A stretch of DNA of 64,000 nt. It comes from Rhizophagus irregularis. Lineage: Eukaryota. Positions 50,330-62,609 of the stretch are shown here, one piece after another (the stretch's first letter is position 1; each line of letters opens with the position of its first letter). The stretch covers positions 1,302,001 through 1,366,000 of the forward strand of contig NC_089432.1 in the NCBI RefSeq assembly GCF_026210795.1, in the 5' to 3' direction. Under the pieces are notes generated by a model. It searched no databases and was not told the DNA's origin. It saw only the letters and a program-made list of their open reading frames with translations. The position numbers were made by a program, and so were the translations under genes.

Positions 50330-52114
50330 TTAGATATCAAAATCATATTCCTGGGTAATATATTCTGCAAATATAAATTAAGAACGTTAGGTTAAAATTC
50401 AATATTAAAAAATTACTATAGTCAGTATATATTTACATACCATCAGTACTTAATTTCATATCAATATCTAATTCGATGAATTTTGTAAAATAATCTAAAG
50501 AAAAATTATACGTTAATTTTTAATTTTAATTAAATCAAGTTATGAAATTTGTTATATTATCAAAAAAATTATTACCATTATTTTCATTTTCATACAATTT
50601 TTTTCTTTTAATACTTTGACCTAAATAAATTTTAATTAATAAATATTGACACCCTAAAATCTTATTAAATAAAATCATACCTCATCATTATTATCTTCAA
50701 ACTTTCTTTTGACTTTTTCTAAGTTAATAGATTGACTTCTTGAACTCCTTAAAGACATTGCAGAATTAATCATACTACTTAAATGTCTACTCTCATAAAT
50801 AGCACCTGGATTATTTGTTGCTACAGGTCCATTATCTGATGATTCTATAATTTTAGTTGGATTCTGATTTTTACTATTTTGTTCTTCATTTCTAACCAAT
50901 ATACAAATTCTTTTATATATATCATTGGCTGTCGGTCTTTCACATGGATCAGAATCCCAACATTCTTTCATTAATTCAATATATCCTTCAGGTGCATTTG
51001 TTACGATTGGTGGTCGCAATCCATCACGTATTTTAGTTATAAGGTTTGTATCATGATGTTCATCCCAAAAAGGTCTTCTACCTGTCATAAACTCCCACAT
51101 GATCATTCTATATCAGAAGCTTTAGTATATTTTTGTCCTTGAAAAATCTCTGGTGCCATATAAGTAATAATACCATATTTCACATTATTATCATCTGTAG
51201 ATTCAGTAGCAGATTTACTTAACCCCAAATCACCTATTACATTATACGACGGGTCACTTGTAAAAAAAATATTTCCACTATGTAAATCTCTGTGAATAAT
51301 ATTTACACTATGGATATTAATAAGTCCATTCACGATACATGTTAAATCATGCAATTTATTAGACCATTTAATGTTTTAAAAATTATTACTTAGGTAATGT
51401 ATTAAATTATCTAATTCATAATATTGCATAATAATCATAAAATCTTGTGTATTTACGTCTTGAGTAATACCAAAATAATTACAAATGTAACTATTAAGCG
51501 GAGTTTCTTGGTAAGATATCTTATTACTTCTACGCTTAACCTAATAATTATTATGCTGTGAATTCCAATTTGTGTAAAAATCATAATATATCTTAAGCTA
51601 GAATAAAAAAGGTTATGTTATTAATTATCTACGATTTATTTAAACATATTATTTTACGTTACCTCATTCAGTTCCTTAAACGTAATGTTTTTAGAATCAT
51701 TAATTTTTTTGAGAACTACTGTATAATTAGGTTTACAAGAAATATTATCACTCTTGCGTTCAATATTATCCCAATTAATCGGACCATCAACCCAAGTTGC
51801 TTTATAAATTTTGCTAAATCCTCCCTCAGCAATAAATTCTATATTTTTGAATTGTTCATAGGGAACAAACTCCAATTTTCCTTCCTTCCCGACAAAGTTG
51901 ACTTGTGTAAATCTAATGAAATCATCGATAATTTTGTTTCCACTCGGTTTAAATAATGTCTTCATTTTGTAACAAACGTGACAAATCTGGTGAGTTTCAT
52001 CTAATCGTGACCTTCTTTTATTAAATTCATTACATTTCTCGTTGGTTGAAATGAAGATGTATCATTTGATGTTAAAAAGTCAATTTTATGATTATGATTT
52101 GTTAATTGGTTCAT
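50330..52114 (-). pseudogene. Protein kinase gene with frameshifts
   Basis: AEGGFS, VVLKK, HRDLHSGNI, GDLGLS, YMAPE; frameshift at ~51105 (KASDI then GMIMWEF in another frame) and near 52045; small 3' exons ending EYITQEYDFDI. Confidence 0.85.
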
Positions 52115-54398
52115 AATTATTTATCTATTAAATTATTTGTTTATTTTGAATATATTTAAAAGAAACAGCTTCTATATATATACGTTTTTATAATTAAAAA
52201 TTGAACAATGAATTCTTTTACAAAATTAAAAAAAAAAATCTGCGTATAATACCCGATAGAAGTTTCTAATGTTTTGATACAAAATGGATCCTACATTGTT
52301 TATAAAATTGATTTTTTTAATGCCTAATATGGTTAAAGTATGTTTCCAAATGACATTTCGATTTTTATTGTACATTCTGTACAGAATTCTTAGAACTTAT
52401 CAAAATGGGACTTGCATTGTGTTACGTTGAAGTTTCACAAACCTACAACAATATTAACCGATCTGATAATAAACAATAAAATATTAAATTCTTTCATAAT
52501 AATTCTTGGAGATATATTTTATATTTTAAGAAAATCTCCATTAAAAGAAAATATATATATTAAATGTCTAGAAATGATTTAATTTTTTTTTTGAAGTCTA
52601 AAAAAGGAATAGTTAATTTATAAATACGTGATATATAACGTAATTATTAATTGTCAATTACGCCAAACGTATTTTATACAAACGGTCAGTCAAAAAGTAC
52701 AAAGAGCTTCTTATAACCTTAAATTATTAAATTATTTCAAGTAAAGAATAATTTTTATAAATTTATAATTAATGGGTTTATGCTATAAAAATATTACGCT
52801 GTGCAAAAAAAAAAAAATATTCAAATTTTATTATACTTTATGTATGGTGAACAAATATATTTTTAATTACGATATACTATTTTTAAACTATCATTATTAT
52901 CTCTCAACATGGTTCTAATGATATCGAATTTTCATACTTTTTTTTTAAGCGCTGACTCTTCTTTAAGACCATTTGACTGAGAACACTCCCATTTGGATGT
53001 ACTGTAGAAATAAATTGTACATATATTTATGCGATCAGATGCTATGTGTTTGAAATTAATGAGAGTGCTTAATTTGAGTATAATAGTTGTTATGACAGCA
53101 AATATAAAATTCTTAAAATTTTTTAGGAACAAACGAAAAAAGTTATTGATCAACTATATCATGATTTACCATGCAGTTCATGCAGCTATTAAAATCACTT
53201 ATTCTAAAAAAGTAATACAAGAAATTGCGAATTAACGAAACAAATATTATCAAAAAATTATTAGTAAAAACCAAGGAGTGCAAGACCTAAGATAATCTAA
53301 ACAAGATAAAAAAAACATTAGTATGATTTGCACCATACTCCATAAAAAAAAGCTTCCAGAAAAGTGTTAATATCATGCTACCAGTGGTTCACCCTAGAAC
53401 TAGTACAATACACTGTATAATCCTATAGCAAACCACTGATATCATAACACCAACCATAAGAGCCAGGTACATAGGCTAACCCTCTTAAGGGAAAGCCAGT
53501 TTCTCTTATATCTTACTCCTCAGCTTTTTTTATCCGTAAACCAGTATCATTAAAACTATGCAAGCAGGGAGCGCAAGCTTACCTTAATAAATAAATATGA
53601 TTTTATTTATTTTCAACTTTGGTAACACTAAACTTCCAAAGTTTCAGACTGTACTGTCAGGAAGTCTCACTTAAAAATAATTTCTTAAGTATAATGTGTA
53701 TTTTTAAAGAAGGAAAGAAGTGTGTAATTTTTAAAGAAAGGGAAGTGTATATTTTTAAAAAAAAGAAAGGGCGTATTTTTTATATTTTTTAAAGAAAGGA
53801 AGAAAGGTGTATTTTTTTAAAAAAAAGAAGTGAGGGTATATATATACTTTTAAAAAACCCTTTCGGATACATAATGACTAATAATCTTGTTATACTTATT
53901 TAGGGAGTTCGGTTACAGTAATATTACATCATTTTTTCCCATAAGCTTATGTGGCGTTGGCGTTATAATTACATAATTATTTACAAAACGCGTCAATGAT
54001 TAATCAATAGTTATTGTAGTTATTGAAAATATCACGCGTTTTTAGATAATCTAGATAATCTGTTAAAAGTCAGACTAGTATTATCTGATAGCTTAAGATC
54101 AACCGGCATCAGTAGCATCAGCAATTTTTTTTTATGGAAAGATCACGTCATTTTGACTTTTTTTTTTAGACCTAATAAAAAACAATAGATACCATAATAC
54201 TTTATTATATAACAATATACGTATGTTTAATAATGAGTCATATTTATAAAAAAACAAGTGCTGTGTATTGAGATCAAAAGAAATAGTTAAATCATTCTAT
54301 ATTATTAAAAAATGCAGTTTATAATATGTTCTCACATAATTTTATCCATAATAAAAAAAATTTTTGTATGTCATATGAATAAAACTAACAAACTTACT

Positions 54399-54617
54399 TT
54401 AAAATAATTATAAAGACTTCAGGTGATATATCATTATCTTTATTCCTTTTATTAGAAGTCAAAGTTCTTCGTAAATACGGAGAAAGGCAACATAGAATAC
54501 TCATGTGAGCACGGAAGATTTTTACATTAGGATCTTCACCAACTTCAATCGTAATATCATAATATTCATCGTCTCAATGTAATTTTGACTTAATTTCGAA
54601 AAAAGTTGATTAGACAT
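54399..54617 (-). pseudogene. BTB/POZ-domain gene fragment
   Basis: MSNQLFSKLSQNYIE/DDEYYDITIEVGEDPNVKIFRAHMSILCCLSPYLRRTL...ISPEVFIIILK followed by a gtaag donor; frameshifted. Confidence 0.75.
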
Positions 54618-55299
54618 ATTTTTCGTCATTATAATTAAATGTTGTGCAATAGGACTTCAAAATATATATGAAAGTCTTTTTCCTTTTTGATCATTACATG
54701 ATGTCGCCGATCTTCTCTGACCTATAAGTTTATTTTTGATTGACGTCCATTTCTTTTGACAAGACATGTACTTAGCTCAGATTCTACAGTTATCATGAAT
54801 TATTCTCTAATACCTTTAAACTTTCTGATATTAATTGAACTCCTTAAAACTTAAATTTACAATTCTTTCATAAATAAACAAAATCAGTTGATTAATGACA
54901 TTCAAAAATTTCTTAGCGAAATTTATTTTTTTAAAAAAAACATTCTTATTTTATATATTTATAAATATGATTGTTTTGTTTGTATTGATTAATTTATTAT
55001 ATTTTTTATAGTCCCTGTTTAATGTTGTGAACAAAACCCGAGAATTTTGTCAGAGAATGAATCTGAAACTTGGCAAAGTTAATTTCATTTAACTATAGAA
55101 AAAAATAAATTTAATACCGTTCGATCTTGTTCGAACTTCGGTCAAATTTATTATTACGTGACTTTAGTATTACAAACTCATTACATTAAAATTTATATGA
55201 AACGATAATGATAATAATTATTATTGTTTACTTTTGTATACACAATTTAAAGTTACTTAATGCTTCCTATAAGATTATTTCATTATACTTCTATCAAAA

Positions 55300-55880
55300 A
55301 TCTTCGATGTTTTGTTAAAATGATTACCCACATGGTTGCTTGACGTATGGACTGGATACGATTACCGAATCTTTTCTATAGATTATTAAATCAGTTTCTA
55401 ATTTTAATAAAAATAGACACGTTGAAAATTGCCTTGGAATAGATCGGATTTTATGTAAAAAAATTTGAAAACAAGAAATAACATCAACTTCAACAAAGAA
55501 CATATAAATTATTTAAATAAATCTGTTCCTTCTCCATGAAGAATGGTGCTAAAATTTTAGATGTACTATATGGAACTGGAACATTTCTCTTAGAATTATC
55601 AATTGAATATTCACTTTTGGGATTTACCGTCATTGATAAGAAAAAATTATTTCTCTTATTTCTCGCGTTATTTAAACCTAATAATTTAAATTTTAACTAT
55701 GCTGATATATTGTAAGGAAGAAAATCATTTTGATTTGACTTATTTAAATATCGAACCACGTTATACTTTAGATCAATAGACTTTTGTTATTGGTGAATTA
55801 ATAAAAGTAACAAAACCAGATAGATACGTAGAAATGCAGCAGATTGCGTTTGAAGTACCTCTACTGCAGATTTGCTGTTA
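55300..55880 (+). pseudogene. Class I SAM-dependent methyltransferase relic
   Basis: NGAKILDVLYGTGTFLLELSIEY (degenerate motif I) and ELIKVTKPDRYVE; stops and frameshifts. Confidence 0.65.
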
Positions 55881-56928
55881 CGTAAATCCTACGAAATATT
55901 ACTCTTATTAAAATTATTAATTTTTTACTTTATTATAAAGAACAGCTGGTTCAAAATTTTTGAATTCGTGAAAGATGTAAGCTATAATTAATTACAAATT
56001 TGTAAAATTAAAATTTATGCACTGTATATAAATAATTTAATCTTTTCTCCATTCATAAAAAGTCGCCATGTTAAGTGTAGAAATGAGTTCGCACCATTAC
56101 TTTTATCTACGAATCTTTGTTATTTCAATTTGATCATAATATGAATGTAATTGGATGAGATGATAAATGATTTAAATAATATTAGTATGGATGAATTGAA
56201 ACAAGATTGAAAGGAAGTTATAAAAAGAATTTATTTGAAACAAGAACTAGTTTAGAAATTAATAGAATGTGATTCATGAAATTGTAAAACCGGTAACGAG
56301 TTAATTCAAATACAAATTAGTTCGGAAAAATGTTTAATAATTGTTTAATTACTTTGTATTATTTATTATAAGAAGTAATAATAAATTGGTAAATATAATT
56401 ACAGTTTTCATAAAATAATCAATTAAATAATAATAAGATTCATGAAGGTCATTATTTACAATCAAAGAAATTTTCTTTGATAATGTTTGTTACAATTTAC
56501 CACAGAAATTTCGTGTAATTCCTTGGTAAAATTTTGTGGTAAAATAATTTTCCGAAAAATTAAAATTTTCGTATTAAATAATGATGTCATTTATTTCTAG
56601 AAAATAATTAATTAAGTTATACGTTACATTTGACTTGGCATATGACATATTTAGCAATTTTCGTGAAACAGAAATAACGAAATATCGGATAAATATCGAC
56701 AATGGTAAAAATTTACGCATTTTAAGATTACTTAAACGTTAATACAATCACCTAAAAAGAATTACGCAAAGATAAAGGTACGTTAACGTTTGTTTCGTTT
56801 GTTTCTTGGCAAAGACCTTATTTCTTATAAATAAATCTGCTAGAAAAATGTTTCTCGATTTTTTCAATTTAAACATCATAACAACTTATCTTTTTTGAAT
56901 TTTTATACAAATCATAATTTCATTAAAA

Positions 56929-58594
56929 ATGCAACAAGAAAAAATTCCAACGATTATTTCCGGTGCAGGTCTAGGAGGACTTTCTCTCTATCATGCCTTG
57001 ATAAAGAACAAGGACAAAAAAGAATTCAACGTAAAAATCTTTGAACGTGAAACTAGTCCTACAGCAGGTATAAAAATTTCTAATTTTCTAGTTAAATATT
57101 ATGTTAAAATTTTAAAAATTAACTCACTCATACTGTCACGTATTAGATCGATGGCAAGGATATCATATAGGCTTGTCCTATTATGGAGCTCGATCTCTTT
57201 TAAACTGTGTTTCATCCTCAATCGCTTCAAACCTTCCAAAAGCAATACCAAATCCAATTCCTGATGTAGAAACTCATGGAATAACTATCACTGATCAAAT
57301 AGGAAATGTTTTACTTACCCTCCAACTAAATCATTTAAAGATGTTTATAAAATCGCAAAAATATCTCGTGGTCTATCATCAATTATCATTTATCGTAATA
57401 GACTTAGATATGTTTTATTAGAAGGTGTACCAGTTCAATGGAATAAAAAATGTATTAAATATGTAGAGACCCAAGAAGGAGTTTGGGTATTTTTTGAAGA
57501 TTGTTTACAAGAATTGTAATATTTTAGTTGGCGCAGATGGAATTAATTCTCCAAGTAAGTAGTTATAAATAATATCTATTATTTAAATTATTCTTAAATA
57601 ACAAACATTTTTTTTTCTATTACCCTATGAAAAAAAATTTCTTTAAAATATACTTAAAATGTACTTATATATTTTAAAATATTAAGTATATTTTAGGTAT
57701 ATTTTAAAATATATAAATATATTTTAAGTATATTTTAAAGAAATTTTTTTTTATAGGGTTAGTACGAAAAATTACCCGAATTACAAATTGTTGATTATGG
57801 AATAACACATATTAGTGCGAATGTTTCTGTACCCCAACATCTTATGGACAAGGCAAATAAAATCCATGAAAACTTTTTGGTCCGTAAAACTCTTGGAACA
57901 AAAGAAGATTCAACGCTTATGATGACACGCTTAATACCAATCAAACAAGAACAAAATGATGAGAAAAGTGAACCTCATTATAGAGTAACATTAGTTTATT
58001 CTTATCCCTTCGAATTGGATAACGTTGATGTTGAATCCGATAAAGTTAAAGTTGATGATAATGATCCTGCATCAGTTATCGAACATGTTAAACGGTTAAT
58101 TCGAACATTAAGACCAGATTGTGAATTGACTGATTTATTAATAGAATTTTGGGACTTGATACCTAAAACAATTCCAAATGATCCAATAAAGTTTCCATTT
58201 AAAACTTATAATCCTGTACAATGAAGAATGATGCGAGATATTGATCATGTCTATCAAATCATGGACAAGTAGTCAAGTTGTATTATTAGGTGATGCTGCT
58301 CATGCTATGAGTCCTATATTAGGATTAGGAGCAAATAATGCTATTCAAGATGTTGATAAACTTTCTCAAGCATTACTTAAATGTACGGACTGTAATATTT
58401 CTTTTATTGAAGAATATGAAAAAGAAATGTTAAAGCGAACATCTGCTGACATATTAAAATCTAGAACTGCCACATTTAAGACTTCTATTCCACTTGGACC
58501 TTTTGGCATTATAATTAGAGACAGCATTTTGAAGGTTATAAACGCTATGATAAACTTTTATAGTTTTGCGGATAACATAATTTTTAAGGACTAA
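56929..58594 (+). pseudogene. FAD-dependent monooxygenase gene, disrupted
   Basis: IISGAGLGGLSL, IFERE, LVGADGINS, VVLLGDAAHAMSPILGLGANNAIQD; frameshifts near 57320, 57515 and 58245 and in-frame TGA at 58222. Confidence 0.85.
57623..57758. mobile_element. Nearly fully palindromic CCCTAT MITE in an intron, TSD TTA
   Basis: tta|ccctatgaaaaaaaatttctttaaaatatactt ... aagtatattttaaagaaattttttttttataggg|tta. Confidence 0.88.
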
Positions 58595-59625
58595 AAAACT
58601 ATTAATATTTAATTTATCATTTTTAAAATCTTAGAATCATACTATGCATATACGTATGTAAATACACATACATATAATAATCAATATATAGAATATATAT
58701 TATAAACCGAGGTGGAAATTATTTTTCTATTTGAACTACTTTTTTTTTTATTTATTTATATTTCACGTGCCTCCTGTATATTGATTCTTACAAATATAAC
58801 TTTTTTTTTAAATATAAAGTAACAATCGCTTATTAAAATATTTTTGAAATTTTTTCTTTTTTATCTAAATAAAAAACTTTGAATTTACTTCCAAATTTGG
58901 ATATCGTAATATATTCGGAATTATTGGATATATTTAGGAGATCGAGGTATTTTCATTGTATTAATGAAAAAAAAAATAATAAGATTTATTTTATAATTAG
59001 TTTAATACAGTTTAAATACTATTTTATTATAAATATTAATTATTTTTAATTTTGTTTAATTATAGGCGAATGAATATTTACATTTATATAAAATCAACGT
59101 TTATTACCCGTGATAGAATATTATAATGAAGTATACTTTAACAGAGATTAATGATAATAAGTTTAAAGGAATGAATTAATCAAAACAAATTGTACTTCAA
59201 TTTATATTATCATATAAATAGTAAATAAATAGTTCACTTTTCGAAGTAGCACTCAATCGGTATTTAAAAATTTGTGTTCTTGATTATATTAAACTATTTT
59301 TAATTTTCTTGATTAATACTTATCAGTTACCGTTAGTCAAAAATAAATGCGGACTATTTCTTAATATATAAGAATTAAAGACTTTTTTATTAAGTAAAAA
59401 AATATATTTATTTTAACTAAATTTATTCAAATAAAAAATATATGCATATTTATTTTGATTATATTACAGCACTAACTTTGATCCAAACATAAAAGGTTAA
59501 AGAACAAAAAAAAAAAAAATAGGAAGAAAAATTAGTAAAAAAAATAATTAGAAAAAAAAATATTATTAAAAAAAAATTAGTAAAAGACACTTAATATAGC
59601 ATCGCATCATCAATCCGCCAGATTC

Positions 59626-60069
59626 GCACATCTGAAATGTGTGTCAGGTTGACGGCGCAGTGTGGCGCAGCGATTTTTCCAAAAAAAATTAAATTGCAAT
59701 TTTTTTTATTTAAAATAAAACCTTTAAATTCCTGTACTAGATGTATTTTTGTCCGCTCTGCAAATTTACTTAGAGTATATACGGGTGGTTTAGAAGGCCA
59801 TTTTCGCGTTATTTAACAAAAACCGTTTTTTCAACAAATCCAATTTTGGAAATGATCGGCAAAGACGATAAAATCAGTTGTTATATACCAAAGTCAAAAT
59901 CTACTTCCAAAACCTCCTTCCATTTATAAGTGATTTTTGTAAAACAGATGAAAATACATCTAATGTGTAAATTTGAAAGCATTGCATTAAAAAGAAAATC
60001 TTTAACTTAGATTTTTTGAAATTACTGCGCCACACTGCGCCGTCAACCTGACACACATTTCAGACGTGC
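59626..60069. mobile_element. MITE with ~45-bp GC-rich TIRs and 8-9 bp TSD
   Basis: gcacatctgaaatgtgtgtcaggttgacggcgcagtgtggcgcag is inverted at 60025-60069; ccagattc at 59618-59625 and 60071-60078. Confidence 0.9.
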
Positions 60070-60277
60070 TCCAGATTCAAGTCTAAATAAAAATCAATAT
60101 ATTAATATATTATAAAAGGAAAAAAATAGACAATTGACATAAGAAAAGCTTTTCCACGTCGATCTTCTGTCCAAAATTCAGCTAAAGAACTCTACATAGA
60201 AAAATTTTTTTTCCTACTTATTAACATACAAAAATTATTAGATTTTTAGACTTCCCGACGTGAAAAGCATATAATAG

Positions 60278-62554
60278 ATGGCGCAAAACACTCGCTCAAA
60301 AAATTCAAGAAAATTTGCTCATACGGCTCAACTAGAAGCTCATACTAGTCTTACTGATGAAGCAATAGTCGCTGAGACCTATAGTGACAACTCAAAATCA
60401 CCCCCTGATCAAGGGTTAACAAAACGAACAAAAATAGATACAGTATTAGACGAAACCTCTTCTGAACCCAAAGTCAATAATGATATGGATATTGACAAAA
60501 ACTTAGAAAAAAAAAATGTTGTTCCATCGAATTCTGACGCCGAATCACGTGATCCCATTAGTGCAGATCAACAAACACCAATCAACACAGAATCGGATGA
60601 CATGATCACAGATCTTCCAAACAAAGATACTAATGGAGCTATTGCTTCCGGATCATCCAATACACAAAATACACAACAACAAAACAATGATGAAATTACA
60701 CGGAGCATTCTTATTTTTAAAGAAAACACCTCCACCACAAATTGCCAATACTTTATTTTTTTCACGAAGGATCAATTTGACGCCAACAAATCCAATAATG
60801 AAATTATAAATTCAATCAAAAATGCATTTCTTACAATACATCACGCTATTGGTTACAAATACCAAAAGAAAGCTACCCTAGAATTTTTCACGGTGCAAAT
60901 CAATAACGAAGAATGTTATAACAATATAGTTGATAAACCGATAGCACTCCTTAACAATATTACACCTCGTCCATATTCAAAAGATTTAATTGATCAATTG
61001 ATCGCGGCCAAGCTTAATAAAATCGAAGAATGTACCGTTAAATTGGCAAACGTCCCATTCAACTATGACGTAAACCTTCTCATCAAACACTTTGCTAATT
61101 TTACAAAGCAGTCTATCGCCAGTTTTAAAGAAATCAAACCTAATCTTAAAAGAAGAAGACCACTAGACAACAGAAATACCCAACGAAGCCAATCACCTAC
61201 CTATAAACAAGTGATTATCACTTTTGACAAGAAATCAGCTGTTGAATATTTATTCGCCCAACAGAAATGGGGAATACTCATAGAAAACTTTCTAGTTCGC
61301 ATTTTACCAATGGACGTAAATTCTCAAATTTACAAACAGCGAAACACTCCCACATATGTAGTCACAGGTATACCACTTAACGCCAATATTTTGGACTTAG
61401 AACCCTTAATTAACCACATCAAAGGTCGATCATTGGCATTCGTTCCAACCAACCCGAATTCATTACACAAAGTAGCATATATTTATACGGATTGTAATAT
61501 AGACGATCAATCTAGTATTATTGAAAAATTTGACACACCATTTAACGGAGCCAAACTCTTCATCTTTCTGGCATCACAGAAAAAGTATACAGAAACTTGT
61601 GGATATTGTGGTGATGATAATCACATGATTAATGATTGTAAAGAAACAGATTATGTAATATTACCAAACAATCGTGGACGACGTTTTAGGAAAAAATTCC
61701 TGGCCAGATCCAACAAATTTACGATGGATGATTCAAATAAATCCGTATATAATCGTATTAGAATAATCACCAGATCTACACCCAATGAACATAATCTCAA
61801 CCATAATGGTCCTAATCAATCATTACATTCAAAACCAAAACACCCTAACAGTACCAAGTATAATTATAATCAAACACAGTATCAACAACCAAGACATGGT
61901 AAAAGTATTAACAACACACAATCAATCCCACATGGATCATGGGCACGTCCTACTGAAGAATCTGGGTATAATTCCTCAAATAAAGGTAAAGGACGAGAAC
62001 AGAATGACGATATCGTAGAACTTAAAAAACAAATCACACATCTAAACACTATTATAAAAGACCTTAGTTCACAAATTAAAGGCCTAGATATTGTCCAAAA
62101 AACCCATAATAAAGATATTAAATTATTACAAGAACAAGAACGTCGTCATGCTGAAGACATTGAAAAAATCAGAGTGGAATGTGAGAAAACTAACACAACC
62201 ATTACTAAACAGTCAGAGATCATTAGTGACATCCCAGAAATGGCATCAATCCTGAGAAACATTAGCAACTCAGGTATATTAACACGTTACCAACCACAAC
62301 AAGAGGCATACGGTACACACAATTACGCTCATCCACCTCACAATTTATACGTCGAGGAACACGTACACCAACAGGAAGAGATCTATAGTGAATACGAGGA
62401 TTCCAATAATGGCTACGAATCTTCTGATACAATTAATACCCGCATATTTCCTGATGATGATAACTATACACCATCACACCCCACATCATCTTCATTCCCT
62501 TCTATAACATCAAGAGTAGGTGGTTTCCTCGGTCTCCATCAGAGACAACAATAA
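60278..62554 (+). CDS. LINE ORF1 (gag-like) of a second related element
   Basis: CCHC knuckle CGYCGDDNHMINDC; shares SNNEIIN, YKQ, IENFxVRILP, TGxPLN with 11862..14096. Confidence 0.88.
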   Translation: MAQNTRSKNSRKFAHTAQLEAHTSLTDEAIVAETYSDNSKSPPDQGLTKRTKIDTVLDETSSEPKVNNDMDIDKNLEKKNVVPSNSDAESRDPISADQQTPINTESDDMITDLPNKDTNGAIASGSSNTQNTQQQNNDEITRSILIFKENTSTTNCQYFIFFTKDQFDANKSNNEIINSIKNAFLTIHHAIGYKYQKKATLEFFTVQINNEECYNNIVDKPIALLNNITPRPYSKDLIDQLIAAKLNKIEECTVKLANVPFNYDVNLLIKHFANFTKQSIASFKEIKPNLKRRRPLDNRNTQRSQSPTYKQVIITFDKKSAVEYLFAQQKWGILIENFLVRILPMDVNSQIYKQRNTPTYVVTGIPLNANILDLEPLINHIKGRSLAFVPTNPNSLHKVAYIYTDCNIDDQSSIIEKFDTPFNGAKLFIFLASQKKYTETCGYCGDDNHMINDCKETDYVILPNNRGRRFRKKFLARSNKFTMDDSNKSVYNRIRIITRSTPNEHNLNHNGPNQSLHSKPKHPNSTKYNYNQTQYQQPRHGKSINNTQSIPHGSWARPTEESGYNSSNKGKGREQNDDIVELKKQITHLNTIIKDLSSQIKGLDIVQKTHNKDIKLLQEQERRHAEDIEKIRVECEKTNTTITKQSEIISDIPEMASILRNISNSGILTRYQPQQEAYGTHNYAHPPHNLYVEEHVHQQEEIYSEYEDSNNGYESSDTINTRIFPDDDNYTPSHPTSSSFPSITSRVGGFLGLHQRQQ

Positions 62555-62609
62555 TCATTGATTATTGTCTTATACACAAGTATTATCTCTCAACTATCAG
62601 GGTGGACTA

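Noticed and set aside
53250..53590. Possible retroelement fragment (C/A-rich block)
   Set aside because: No tail, TSD or recognisable coding motif found.
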